Origin: Nitrososphaeraceae archaeon | Lineage (GTDB): Archaea > Thermoproteota > Nitrososphaeria > Nitrososphaerales > Nitrososphaeraceae | Length of the DNA: 24,000 nucleotides | Reading direction: 5' to 3' | Assembly: GCA_019246625.1 (NCBI GenBank) | Contig: JAFAQB010000461.1 | Location: forward strand, 1 to 24,000 | In this document: piece after piece, positions 1 through 8,096 of the stretch | Layout: every line of letters begins with the position of its first letter | Numbering within the stretch: position 1 is the stretch's first letter | The notes under the pieces: model-generated | The model's database searches: none | The model's input: only the letters and a program-made list of their open reading frames with translations | What the model was told of the DNA's origin: nothing | Made by a program: the position numbers and the translations under genes

Positions 1-339
1 AGTAGCTGATGGATATGGCCTTATTCCATTGAGACCTACAATTACTTGACAGTTAGATGTAGATGCATTACCTATAGAAGTGCCCAAGATTGTAAGATCT
101 TTACCTAATGGTACTTGTTGACCTTTGGTAGGCGAGGTTATATTTACTGCACGAGTAGTCGATGGTAATCCTGTATTGGGCAGTATCCCTTTGCCTGCAC
201 TTGGTGGCAGTTGTGTATCGTTTTCTGTAGGCTGCAATAGCTGCGCATAGGAAATGTTTGTCGACACAGGAAGAGAAATTAATATAAAACTGAGCAATAA
301 GGCGGTTAACTTAAAATTCAGTTGTGTTTTATATATCAT
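1..339 (-). CDS. Secreted/extracellular protein, N-terminal 113 codons (gene runs off the left edge of the window)
   Basis: This ORF is absent from the track because it is truncated. The ATG is the complement of 337..339, and reading the frame codon by codon down to position 1 gave no stop. The translation is MIYKTQLNFKLTALLLSFILISLPVSTNISYAQLLQPTENDTQLPPSAGKG.... That is a short polar n-region, a hydrophobic core and a small-residue cleavage context, followed by a Ser/Thr/Pro/Gly/Asn-rich mature region. Confidence 0.55.
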   Translation of the reverse strand, partial: MIYKTQLNFKLTALLLSFILISLPVSTNISYAQLLQPTENDTQLPPSAGKGILPNTGLPSTTRAVNITSPTKGQQVPLGKDLTILGTSIGNASTSNCQVIVGLNGIRPYPSAT

Positions 340-886
340 ATCTTCTGATTATCAGATGCAGTACCACTAATTTATATAATTCCATGGTTGTGTGGTGACT
401 ATTTGTCGTTATTGTGTAATATATATTTTGGTTTCAACTTATTGATCAGCGTAGACATTTCTGAAAGTCCTCTCCATAGTACCTTACCAATATAAAAAAA
501 CGGTATCAAACAGTCGACATACATGTAAATAAAGCCATAGTAATATATTATAATTGTACTGATAGTTGGTCCATCAAAATTGTATTTGGCGCTTTGATAT
601 GACTTTAGAGTTTGTTGGCACTAATGCATAGCATATTTTATGTTATATGGGTATATTTGAGTACAAGACACGGACTATGACTGTCATTTTCAGTCATATG
701 TGTGGTAAGACCATGTATGTTAAGTAATAGAAAGCATTTAACAGATCTAATATGAAATACGAATAAGAATTCCTCTTTTAGCTTAGTCTACGACAAATTG
801 TTCAATGTGGCCCTACTAAAATCCTAGTCTTATTTTTTCATATCTCTGCCTCTACATAATGCAAGTCTTAGAATATGCTTTTACAA

Positions 887-1408
887 CTACAAGTCTGTTC
901 CATTACCAATCTTTACAACAAAGGCGCAGCTCATTTCAGGCATAAAAGTATTCCCTTTTATCAACAGACATCTATCAGAATACATATAATATTTGCAGTC
1001 TTTACATTGGTATCCTTCTGCACCTTTGCCAATAACATGACCCTCTTCGTATTCAAGTTTTCTTCCTGTCTTCTTTATAAAGTCCCAAACAATATCTCCT
1101 GGCAGCATGCCATCACCTTTTGAAGAAAAGAAGTTTGAAATACCGTACTCATTATTAATTTCTCCTTCTACAATGTGACACTTTTTTTCGTCTGGAAGAT
1201 TAAACTTACACTTTATACATGCTTGATTGTTGTAATTGTTTGTTTCCAGTTCCTCACTTTTTTCTTGTTCTTTGTAACCTGACTCATCTTTTGTCATCTT
1301 TTTCTTTGAACTTAGTACATTGTATAGTGCAGCATCTTTTAATGCCATATCCTTCTCTTCTTGTTGTCCTGTTGACTTGGCCACTACTGATTCTTCTACA
1401 TCATCCAT
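887..1408 (-). CDS. Cys-motif protein with two HiPIP-like modules (putative Fe-S protein) behind an acidic/Lys-rich N-terminal tail
   Basis: This 173-aa ORF is far longer than expected by chance in AT-rich DNA. The C-terminal module is YQCKDCKYY..CLLIKGNTFMPEMSC, i.e. C135-x2-C138-x8-C147-x13-C161. An upstream copy, QACIKCKFN..CHIVEGEINNEYGIS, has matching spacing, with Ser91 where the fourth Cys would sit. There is no signal peptide. The function call is a motif-level hypothesis. Confidence 0.6.
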   Translation of the reverse strand: MDDVEESVVAKSTGQQEEKDMALKDAALYNVLSSKKKMTKDESGYKEQEKSEELETNNYNNQACIKCKFNLPDEKKCHIVEGEINNEYGISNFFSSKGDGMLPGDIVWDFIKKTGRKLEYEEGHVIGKGAEGYQCKDCKYYMYSDRCLLIKGNTFMPEMSCAFVVKIGNGTDL

Positions 1409-1564
1409 TTTACTTTATGCCTTGCAAACAACTATACTATATGATATTTAAGAAGAATACATGTAAGGATAGTATTGGTTGTTTTTGAAATAGAAGTCAG
1501 TTATACTGTCAAAACACTTTTAATCGAACTTTAAATCAATACAACAATTAAGTTACATAGCCTA

Positions 1565-1789
1565 TTGGGTACTATGAATAAAAAGACAAAGAAAATCCAA
1601 AATCAAGATGACTATGAAAAGAGTAGTTTCAAAGATATCATGGAAGATATGCAAGATGCTAAAGAGAATGCACTAGAATCAGTACCAAAAGTAAAGAAAG
1701 AACAAATTCCAGAAGGTCAGGAAACAACGAGGGAAATACTGTATGGCGATAATGACAATAATAAAAAAAATCAATGCCAAAAATCCTAA
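1565..1789 (+). CDS. Small Lys/Glu/Asp/Asn-rich hypothetical protein (ATG at 1574 is the more likely start)
   Basis: This 74-codon ORF lies divergent from the 887..1408 gene. Its low-complexity charged composition is also what AT-rich non-coding DNA yields, and I recognise no domain. Confidence 0.25.
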   Translation: MGTMNKKTKKIQNQDDYEKSSFKDIMEDMQDAKENALESVPKVKKEQIPEGQETTREILYGDNDNNKKNQCQKS

Positions 1790-2077
1790 TTAAGACATCA
1801 TCACGGTACAAGGACATTGTTGTTATGTGCCTGAAGCATACATATACGCCAACAATCTTCGTTATTTGAACTTTAATATCGTTCATTAAACTCTATACAG
1901 CTTATTTCCCGCTGTTGAACTTTACCAATATAGATATAATAAAAATACTCCTTCTGTTCATAATTGTAATCAAGTAACCATAACATCATTGAAAATTGTG
2001 AGTTATAGCACCTTAGAGTAAGAATGTAGGTAGAGTTAGTCTTCAATGAATCTGCTAGCTGTACTGGTTCAACATTT

Positions 2078-2611
2078 CTATCCATTGGTTCGCTCTGATT
2101 TCATTTTCAGAGCATGATTCATTGCTTCAAAAGCTGGCCTATAGCTCGTATCTAATTGAAATGCATAGAATGGAACTAATACGCCTCTATACACTTCTCT
2201 TTGAATAAAATGTGTGAGGTTATGGTTATTCCCAATAGATTCTATTGTGAGAATATGCTCACCATCAAATAACCGTGGTATTCCAGCAAATCGTCCTAAC
2301 CAGCGTAACTCATGATTAGGTTCCACTTTGGTGAGAGTAGGATCAATAGTCATACCTTGTGTATTTATAGGTTGTAAATGTATAGTTACTATTGCACCTT
2401 GTCTTATTTCTCCACGTGCTCGATCCATAAAAGGATTCCATTCATGAAAATTAGTAAAGTTCGTTAAGATATGCCATACACGTTCATTAGGTGCTTGAAT
2501 ATCGATCTGCGTATAAATTTCTTTAACATAGAATGCAGACAATAAGATTATCATTAATAAAACAGCTGCTGGTATGGATCCAAAAATAATGGCCCTCTTT
2601 ATTGAAATCAT
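2078..2611 (-). CDS. SRPBCC-superfamily protein (polyketide cyclase/dehydrase-like) with an N-terminal transmembrane anchor
   Basis: The N-terminus IIFGSIPAAVLLMIILLSAFYV is a single TM helix. It is followed by IDIQAPNERVWHILTNFTNFHEWNPFM...ELRWLGRF..LFDGEHILTIE...THFIQREVYRG, which is the typical SRPBCC/Polyketide_cyc2 pattern. Confidence 0.75.
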   Translation of the reverse strand: MISIKRAIIFGSIPAAVLLMIILLSAFYVKEIYTQIDIQAPNERVWHILTNFTNFHEWNPFMDRARGEIRQGAIVTIHLQPINTQGMTIDPTLTKVEPNHELRWLGRFAGIPRLFDGEHILTIESIGNNHNLTHFIQREVYRGVLVPFYAFQLDTSYRPAFEAMNHALKMKSERTNG

Positions 2612-2740
2612 AAAGACAAATACAACTCTTCCCTTGTAGTATTATACATCTACTAATATTTTTCTTCTTATAACATAAAAGCAAGAATTCATTTACAACT
2701 ATATCGCATCTATATTCATATACACTAGTTCATTTACAGA

Positions 2741-2793
2741 CATCATCATCTATTGTTGTCAAGGTCATGTCATGTCATCAAGAGATGATGATG
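2741..2793. repeat. 11-bp perfect inverted repeat with a 31-nt spacer
   Basis: CATCATCATCT at 2741..2751 is the exact reverse complement of AGATGATGATG at 2783..2793. The spacer contains GTCAT x3 and partially extends the stem. The element lies in the intergenic region between the DUF1059 gene end and the SRPBCC gene start. Confidence 0.6.
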
Positions 2794-3023
2794 GCATAGA
2801 TTGGCTGCTTACGGATGGTGATCATGGCTTATCACAATTCCATGAACCAATAGATACTATTGTTGATGTATAGGGAGAAGAACTACGATAGAGTCATAGA
2901 AATTGGAAAATCAGATAAAATCCCAAACTAAAGAGAAAAAAATCAGCAGGTGATTCAATCTCAGGATAGACATTTGGCTTGTAGAAGGAAGATCTTTTCC
3001 AGGAGAAAAAGAAAAGAAGGAAT

Positions 3024-3218
3024 TTAGGTAGTTTTTATAAGCTTACGGAAATGATCTTTGTTCTTTGCTATTTCGTCGTTCCATGTCTCTTCTGTATATC
3101 CATGAACTTCTATGCCATGCTTTTTGGCATTTTGTAATAACTCTTCTTCATTTTCTCCATACATTGTGTGTGTACAGACTGGATCTCCTGCGTCTTTGCA
3201 GTTTAGGCTCAGTGTCAT
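3024..3218 (-). CDS. DUF1059-family small protein
   Basis: The 64-aa product MTLSLNCKDAGDPVCTHTMYGENEEELLQNAKKHGIEVHGYTEE matches the characteristic DUF1059 layout. That layout is C..D.G..C........eeE.l......H....HG with the conserved Cys pair. Confidence 0.75.
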   Translation of the reverse strand: MTLSLNCKDAGDPVCTHTMYGENEEELLQNAKKHGIEVHGYTEETWNDEIAKNKDHFRKLIKTT

Positions 3219-3433
3219 TTTAATATTACACTTAGGTAATATTGCATATCGTCATTTTTAAAAGTTCCCTAGGGCGTTTTACTCATTATATATAGTTGAA
3301 TAACATATGTAAAAAAATAAAACCGACATAATAAAGGATCGGTGAAAATAGTGGATAAATGCATTTAATTGTCAATGGAACACCGCTATTACATTCTTAT
3401 CTGGAGGCAAAGCATTTTGGAGGTGAAAAAACG

Positions 3434-3824
3434 ATGATCCAAGTTTATGGATATGCAGCCTACCAAGCCAAGGTGCCTCCCTACTATATACTCTTTTGAA
3501 AGAAGAGAACCTCGAGATTATGATGTCGTGACCGATATTCAATATAGCAGTATTTGTCATTGGGACATTCACCAGGTGAATAATGAATGTGACACATCAA
3601 CCTTTCCTGTGGTTCCAGGACAAGAGATCGTAGGCATTGTCTCGAAAGTTGGGACAAAAGTGACTCATTACAAATAGGTGATATGGCTGCTGTCGGCAAA
3701 TTCGTTGATTTTTGTAGGAAGTGCGGCCCTTGTAAAGGCCTTGAGCAGCATTGTTTGGAGGGGAGCGACTTGGACATATAATGCAGTCGAAAGGGGATGG
3801 AAAAACTCGAACACAGGGAAGTAA
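3434..3824 (+). pseudogene. Decayed N-terminal fragment of a Zn-dependent alcohol dehydrogenase (MDR superfamily, YahK/cinnamyl-ADH-like)
   Basis: The ATG at 3434 is preceded by GGAGGTGA. Homology starts as MIQVYGYAAYQAK, shifts frame near 3470-3485, then continues as YSFERREPRDYDVVTDIQYSSICHWDIH...FPVVPGQEIVGIVSKVGTKVTHYK and hits TAG at 3675. It resumes in another frame as IGDMAAVGKFVDFCRKCGPCKGLEQHCLEG (the structural-Zn C-x2-C-x2-C-x7-C motif). It then shifts back to TWTYNAVERGWKNSNTGK and stops at 3822-3824. Only about the first third of an ADH is present. The catalytic-Zn His in PGHE reads Gln (PGQE). Confidence 0.8.
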
Positions 3825-4187
3825 TTCTAACAAAATCGTCTCTCCTATTTAATTAGCTTCTTAGCATGTGTTATCGCTTTTGGTTGTTTGTTATGCATTT
3901 TGCAATTGTAATAGACCATTGCAGTCTTTGTGATATCTTCTGACTTGTAAGCATCTACTTTACATACAGCACTACAGGTTCTATATGAGCTCCAGATATT
4001 CCCAATCGATGGGTAGATTGTCTGTCCTGATCAAGATTCATAGAATTTATCAACTGGTCTATCCCTAAGTATCTGTGCCTTAGTTCAATTTAGAACCAAA
4101 TATGATTTAGATTAATTATCAATTTTGATAAATTGCTGCGACTCTTTTTGATAAATATGTTAGCAGTTAACCAAAATATAACATCAA

Positions 4188-4514
4188 ATGCCATTACAGG
4201 ATTTTTTGCTTCCTTCGGAAAATATAAAGTTTCAAAGTAAAACTCTTATACGCTATGCAGATAAAAAATATAAGGTTGTAATTACAGATAAGAGATTCAT
4301 TTTATATGCACAAAGAGGATTATTTCTAAAATCAGATGATATAGTCAGTGAACGCTTAGATAGCCTTAACGGACTTGAGTATTCAGAAAAAGGTCTGATG
4401 TTTAGAGAAGCAAATATATCAATTCAAGGTACTACAAAGATGATTATTCATGGTCCAATTTCAGAATTAAAGCCTCTATTTCATACTATGGAATCAATTA
4501 CTAAAAGTATTTAA
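4188..4514 (+). CDS. Small PH-domain-like (bacterial PH/GRAM-like) protein
   Basis: The 108-aa product has the pattern FLLPSENIKFQSK...KYKVVITDKRFILYAQRG.F.KSDDIVSERLDSLNGLEYSEKG......ISIQG. This resembles standalone prokaryotic PH-like domains, but the assignment is pattern-level only. Confidence 0.5.
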   Translation: MPLQDFLLPSENIKFQSKTLIRYADKKYKVVITDKRFILYAQRGLFLKSDDIVSERLDSLNGLEYSEKGLMFREANISIQGTTKMIIHGPISELKPLFHTMESITKSI

Positions 4515-4808
4515 AAATTATTATATCTTTGACTAATGAATTGGAAATAGTTGTAATCCAGATATAAATGCAAAACAAGAGTTCAAAGATGGTAAAACTA
4601 GCTACGGATTTGATATTGTTATCATCACAGAATTTATTGTGGTATAGTTGTGAAACCCATACAACAAAAGTCTTACAGAATATAGATGTATATTCATCGA
4701 AATACCCGTGCTGAATAACATTTCACATAATATTTCTACAACAACATACATTAGTATAATTGGTAATTAGCGTACAACTTATATTTTGGATATAGACTTT
4801 GATTTTTC

Positions 4809-5501
4809 ATGGCTAAGGGAGCTAAGAGGGGCGGCAGAGTGCGCGATAAATGGCGAGACAAACAATGGATAGTAATTAATGCTCCATCTGCATTTGGCGG
4901 AAGCGCTTTGAGTTATGTCCCAATTACGGATGCTGATCATGCTAAGAGGCGTGTAATTGAAAATACCATGTTTGATATTTTAAAGCAAGATCCTGCGCAA
5001 CACCAGACAAAGGTCTTTGTCCAAATTGATAGAATTAACGATGGTATTGCTACTACTATTTTCAAAGGACACGAGTACGCAAAGGAATTTTTAAGAAGCT
5101 TGGTCAGAAGAGGTAGCTCCATGATCGACGATGTATACGATTATACAACAATGGATGGTTATACTTTTAGAGTTGAAGTAATTGCGTTCAGTCAGAGAAG
5201 ACTCAATACCTCTAAAAAGCACGAGATCAGAATGATTGCTCGTAAATTATTGTCCGACAAGATTCCAAAATTGACAATAGACCAATTTGTGCAGGAGGCA
5301 ACTATGGGTAAGATGGGAGCCGATCTTCTAGCAGAGGCAAAGAAAGTTGCATCACTAAGGCACATAGGCATTAAGAAAACAAAGTTGATTTCAACATCAG
5401 AAACAAGGGCTATTCAGGAGGCAAAGGCTATTGGGACAGCAGAATCACCAATAGAAGAAGAAAAGGCAGATGAAGAACCACCAGCTGAGTCACTGCAATA
5501 G
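4809..5501 (+). CDS. rps3ae: 30S ribosomal protein S3Ae (eS1)
   Basis: The N-terminus KGAKRGGRVRDKWRDKQWIVINAPSAFGG and the overall 230-aa layout are the archaeal/eukaryotic eS1 signature. A TATA-like TTATATTT at 4779..4786, about 25 nt upstream of the ATG, suggests a leaderless or short-leader mRNA. Confidence 0.95.
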   Translation: MAKGAKRGGRVRDKWRDKQWIVINAPSAFGGSALSYVPITDADHAKRRVIENTMFDILKQDPAQHQTKVFVQIDRINDGIATTIFKGHEYAKEFLRSLVRRGSSMIDDVYDYTTMDGYTFRVEVIAFSQRRLNTSKKHEIRMIARKLLSDKIPKLTIDQFVQEATMGKMGADLLAEAKKVASLRHIGIKKTKLISTSETRAIQEAKAIGTAESPIEEEKADEEPPAESLQ

Positions 5502-5521
5502 GCTTTTAGTTAATATTTCTC

Positions 5522-5986
5522 ATGTTTTTTACACTAGTCTGGATTATGGTCCTAGAGGATGATATCAGGCTTTCTTCCGCAGAAATTAACGTTGTAGTTC
5601 ATGCTACTGAAAACGAGTATAAAATATTACATTCTATAAATAATGTACTTTTAATAACCCCTGAAAAGTTTTCTCACTCAGTATCTGAGGGTCATTGGGG
5701 AAATAGAATTTTATTGCTCACTGCCACTGTTGACGGTCAATCAGCTAAAGATCTCATTGTAAAAATCATGTCTTCACTGAATGGCAATGACAAATACCTT
5801 CTTTCAAACCTTTTTGACAAATATGTTGATTGGAAAGGAAACATATACATTCGTTTAGACAAACAAAGGATCTGTAATGGCAGGATTTCTCTTTCCGAAA
5901 GTGACTCTATTAGGATTAGATTCAGACCAGTCAGAAGATACAAACCTAGTAGCAACCTAAAGAATTACAGGGGGCTCTTAACGTAA
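5522..5986 (+). CDS. Archaeal RNA-binding protein of the COG1325/DUF54 family (predicted exosome-associated subunit)
   Basis: INVVVHATENEYKI ... GNIYIRLDKQRICNGRISL...DSIRIRF matches the family hallmarks (hpTEd ... lRlDKQ.a..G). The gene sits in the conserved archaeal neighbourhood next to RNase P protein genes. The true start may be the in-frame ATG at 5546 (MVLEDD...). Confidence 0.75.
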   Translation: MFFTLVWIMVLEDDIRLSSAEINVVVHATENEYKILHSINNVLLITPEKFSHSVSEGHWGNRILLLTATVDGQSAKDLIVKIMSSLNGNDKYLLSNLFDKYVDWKGNIYIRLDKQRICNGRISLSESDSIRIRFRPVRRYKPSSNLKNYRGLLT

Positions 5987-6021
5987 GGCGCATAGATCTA
6001 TGTATTCATGCTATTAGTTTT

Positions 6022-6609
6022 ATGGAGATCACCAAAATGGCTAATATTTTAGAAATCGATATACTAGGAATTGACTATCGCTACAAGGTGGAGAAAAATA
6101 TTATATATCGCGTGAATAGGAAACAACTATCACCATCACCATTAGTAGCGTCATCACCATCACTCTCATCATCATCTATAGCAGCTACTACATATCCATA
6201 TCTAGTAGTTTCTGAAAAAATTGAAGAATTATTATTATCGTCGTCTTCATCCCCTGTTATAGACATTTTTGGAATTAGATCTTTCAGAGACTTTAACGAC
6301 GATCTAAAAAAGAAAGTAAAAAAAAAGGGAGGAATTGGATTGGAAGTTACGTTAGCCGATCTTCGTAAATCTGATGGATTACAGGTTGGAAAGTGGTTTA
6401 GTCAGATAAGAGATCTCTACAAATTCTGCAGATCCAGTAGTTGCCAATTCATTCTTTCTAGCGGTGCAAATTCAATCGAGGAGATGGTTTCTGGGCGCTC
6501 CTTTGATGCTATTCTAAAAATTTGCGATATAAAACCAGACAGATACTGGCAAGAACTTGGAAAATGGATCGAGTCTAAATCTCAATACAAGGTGTTTATA
6601 AATACTTAA
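6022..6609 (+). CDS. rnp3: RNase P protein component 3 (Rpp30 family) with a Ser-rich low-complexity insertion
   Basis: The C-terminal half GIGLEVTLADL...FILSSGANSIEEMVSGRSFDAILKICDI matches the Rpp30 TIM-barrel signature (ivlsSgA.s..elRsP.d...l). The gene lies immediately upstream of Pop5, as in many archaea. Residues 37-78 are an atypical Ser/Pro/Leu-rich tract. Confidence 0.7.
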   Translation: MEITKMANILEIDILGIDYRYKVEKNIIYRVNRKQLSPSPLVASSPSLSSSSIAATTYPYLVVSEKIEELLLSSSSSPVIDIFGIRSFRDFNDDLKKKVKKKGGIGLEVTLADLRKSDGLQVGKWFSQIRDLYKFCRSSSCQFILSSGANSIEEMVSGRSFDAILKICDIKPDRYWQELGKWIESKSQYKVFINT

Positions 6610-6631
6610 TCGGAGAGATAAATGCCGCTAT

Positions 6632-6976
6632 TTGGCAATATTATATAGCGGACAGACTGACGAAATCGGAATCATTAATTTAATAAAAAAACGAAACTCT
6701 GAACTTTTTGGTCATGTCGCAACTGAAAAATCATCCATCAGGCTGATCCAATCGAAAGGAACAAATCTTGTAATAATTAGATGTAAATTAGAAGGTCTTG
6801 ATAACATATTGTCTGCTATAGCCTTATCATATCCTCCTCTTATAACTTTAGATATGTCAGGTACTTTGAAGAGACTACGCAAACGCTTGTCAATAAGAAA
6901 TGAACTAACAAAGGTTAATACAGTAGATAATGTGTTTCGTACTGGGGATGAGGTAAGTTTCGCCGCTCCAGACTGA
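6632..6976 (+). CDS. rnp2: RNase P protein component 2 (Pop5 family); the annotated TTG start probably truncates the conserved N-terminus
   Basis: NLVIIRCKLEGLDNILSAIAL...LDMSGTLKRLRKRL matches Pop5 (iirc.r......v..al.l......i..l.vSGTik....k). The same frame is open from 6602 and encodes ILNRRDKCRYL, which is the Pop5 N-terminal K.RYL motif. No ATG, GTG or TTG occurs there. Confidence 0.7.
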   Translation: MAILYSGQTDEIGIINLIKKRNSELFGHVATEKSSIRLIQSKGTNLVIIRCKLEGLDNILSAIALSYPPLITLDMSGTLKRLRKRLSIRNELTKVNTVDNVFRTGDEVSFAAPD

Positions 6977-7214
6977 GTTAAGAATCGATGAAGATCTCGC
7001 GACGAACCGACCCAAAGATATTATCATCATATAGTCTTCATGATCTTAGCTTTATTGAGTGCTTCTAACTATAGATATGAATTTTCATAATATAAAATGT
7101 ATACATTTAAGATGGTAATAATAATATCAATATGGAAATAATGAACTTATTTTATTTATTAGCTTTTCTGGAATAGAATAGGTTAAATGGAATGTCAAAT
7201 TTACATATAGTCAA

Positions 7215-8096
7215 ATGGAAATTCTTTACAACCATCCGCTTTATAGGCCGCCATCTGAAGCTAATTCAATGATATTTCAGGTTACACTAGGCTGCTCCTT
7301 TAACAAATGTTCATTTTGTAACATGTATCGCACAAAAGAATATTCAGAAAGGTCATGGGAGGAAATAAAAAAAGAAATCGACTTTGCTGCCAAGACATAC
7401 CCTGAAACTCAACGGATATTTCTTGCAGATGGAGATGCACTGAACCTCGCCACTGATAAATTAATTCAGATTTTGGAATATACATATACCAAATTCATGA
7501 ACTTAAAAAGAGTATCATGCTATGCAATGCCAAAGAATATACTGCAAAAGAAAGATGATGACTTATATAAACTAAGAGCAGCTGGACTTAGTATGCTCTA
7601 TGTAGGTGTGGAGACTGGTAACGATATTCTTTTGAAGAAAGTAACCAAAGGTGCAAGAAGCACAGGAATTATTGAGAGTTGTCAAAAAGCAAAACGTCAT
7701 GGATATGTCTTATCATGTATGATAATTCTTGGACTGGGCGGGAAAACATATACTAATGAACATATTCGTGATACTGCCAGAGTCGTAAGTGAAATTGCTC
7801 CTGATTATTTAGGTGCATTGACATTATATTTAGAGGATGAAATTTACAATGAGTTTATGACCAAGTTCGACGAACCTTTTACTCCATTAGACGATATAGC
7901 AGTATTAGAGGAACTTGAAATGCTCATTTCAAATTTTAACCCGGTAACGCCAGTGATATTTAGGGCTAACCATGCATCTAATATCTATTCATTTGGTGGC
8001 ACTCTTCCAAACGATAAACATAAATTATTTTCTCTGATCAGAGAATTAAAACTCCATCCAGAAATGTTAAAACCAAAGGTGTTACGCAGATTCTAG
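7215..8096 (+). CDS. Radical SAM domain protein (uncharacterised subfamily)
   Basis: The N-terminus YRPPSEANSMIFQVTLGCSFNKCSFCNMY carries the Fe-S cluster Cys triad, here spaced C-x4-C-x2-C. Downstream elements FLADGDAL, LYVGVETGND and IILGLGG fit the radical-SAM partial TIM barrel. Confidence 0.85.
   Translation: MEILYNHPLYRPPSEANSMIFQVTLGCSFNKCSFCNMYRTKEYSERSWEEIKKEIDFAAKTYPETQRIFLADGDALNLATDKLIQILEYTYTKFMNLKRVSCYAMPKNILQKKDDDLYKLRAAGLSMLYVGVETGNDILLKKVTKGARSTGIIESCQKAKRHGYVLSCMIILGLGGKTYTNEHIRDTARVVSEIAPDYLGALTLYLEDEIYNEFMTKFDEPFTPLDDIAVLEELEMLISNFNPVTPVIFRANHASNIYSFGGTLPNDKHKLFSLIRELKLHPEMLKPKVLRRF

Noticed and set aside
875-1488. Plus-strand ORFs 875..1123 and 1219..1488
   Set aside because: They lie antisense to the 173-aa Cys-motif gene, and their products are hydrophobic or low-complexity without motifs.
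1873-2085. 70-aa minus-strand ORF overlapping the 3' end of the SRPBCC gene
   Set aside because: The composition is Tyr/Asn/Ile-rich and typical of AT-rich non-coding DNA. It has no motif and is probably 3' UTR or spacer.
3372-3833. Track ORFs 3372..3572(-), 3447..3677(+), 3484..3777(-) and 3597..3833(-) as separate genes
   Set aside because: All lie over the decayed alcohol-dehydrogenase fragment. The plus-strand ORF is one piece of the pseudogene, and the minus-strand ORFs are its shadows.
3845-4033. Minus-strand open frame (...QTIYPSIGNIWSSYRTCSAVCKVDAYKSEDITKTAMVYYNCKMHNKQPKAITHAKKLIK*)
   Set aside because: Only 61 codons are open between stops, and the only in-frame ATGs leave 24 aa or fewer. 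I recognise no family, and the length is within chance expectation.
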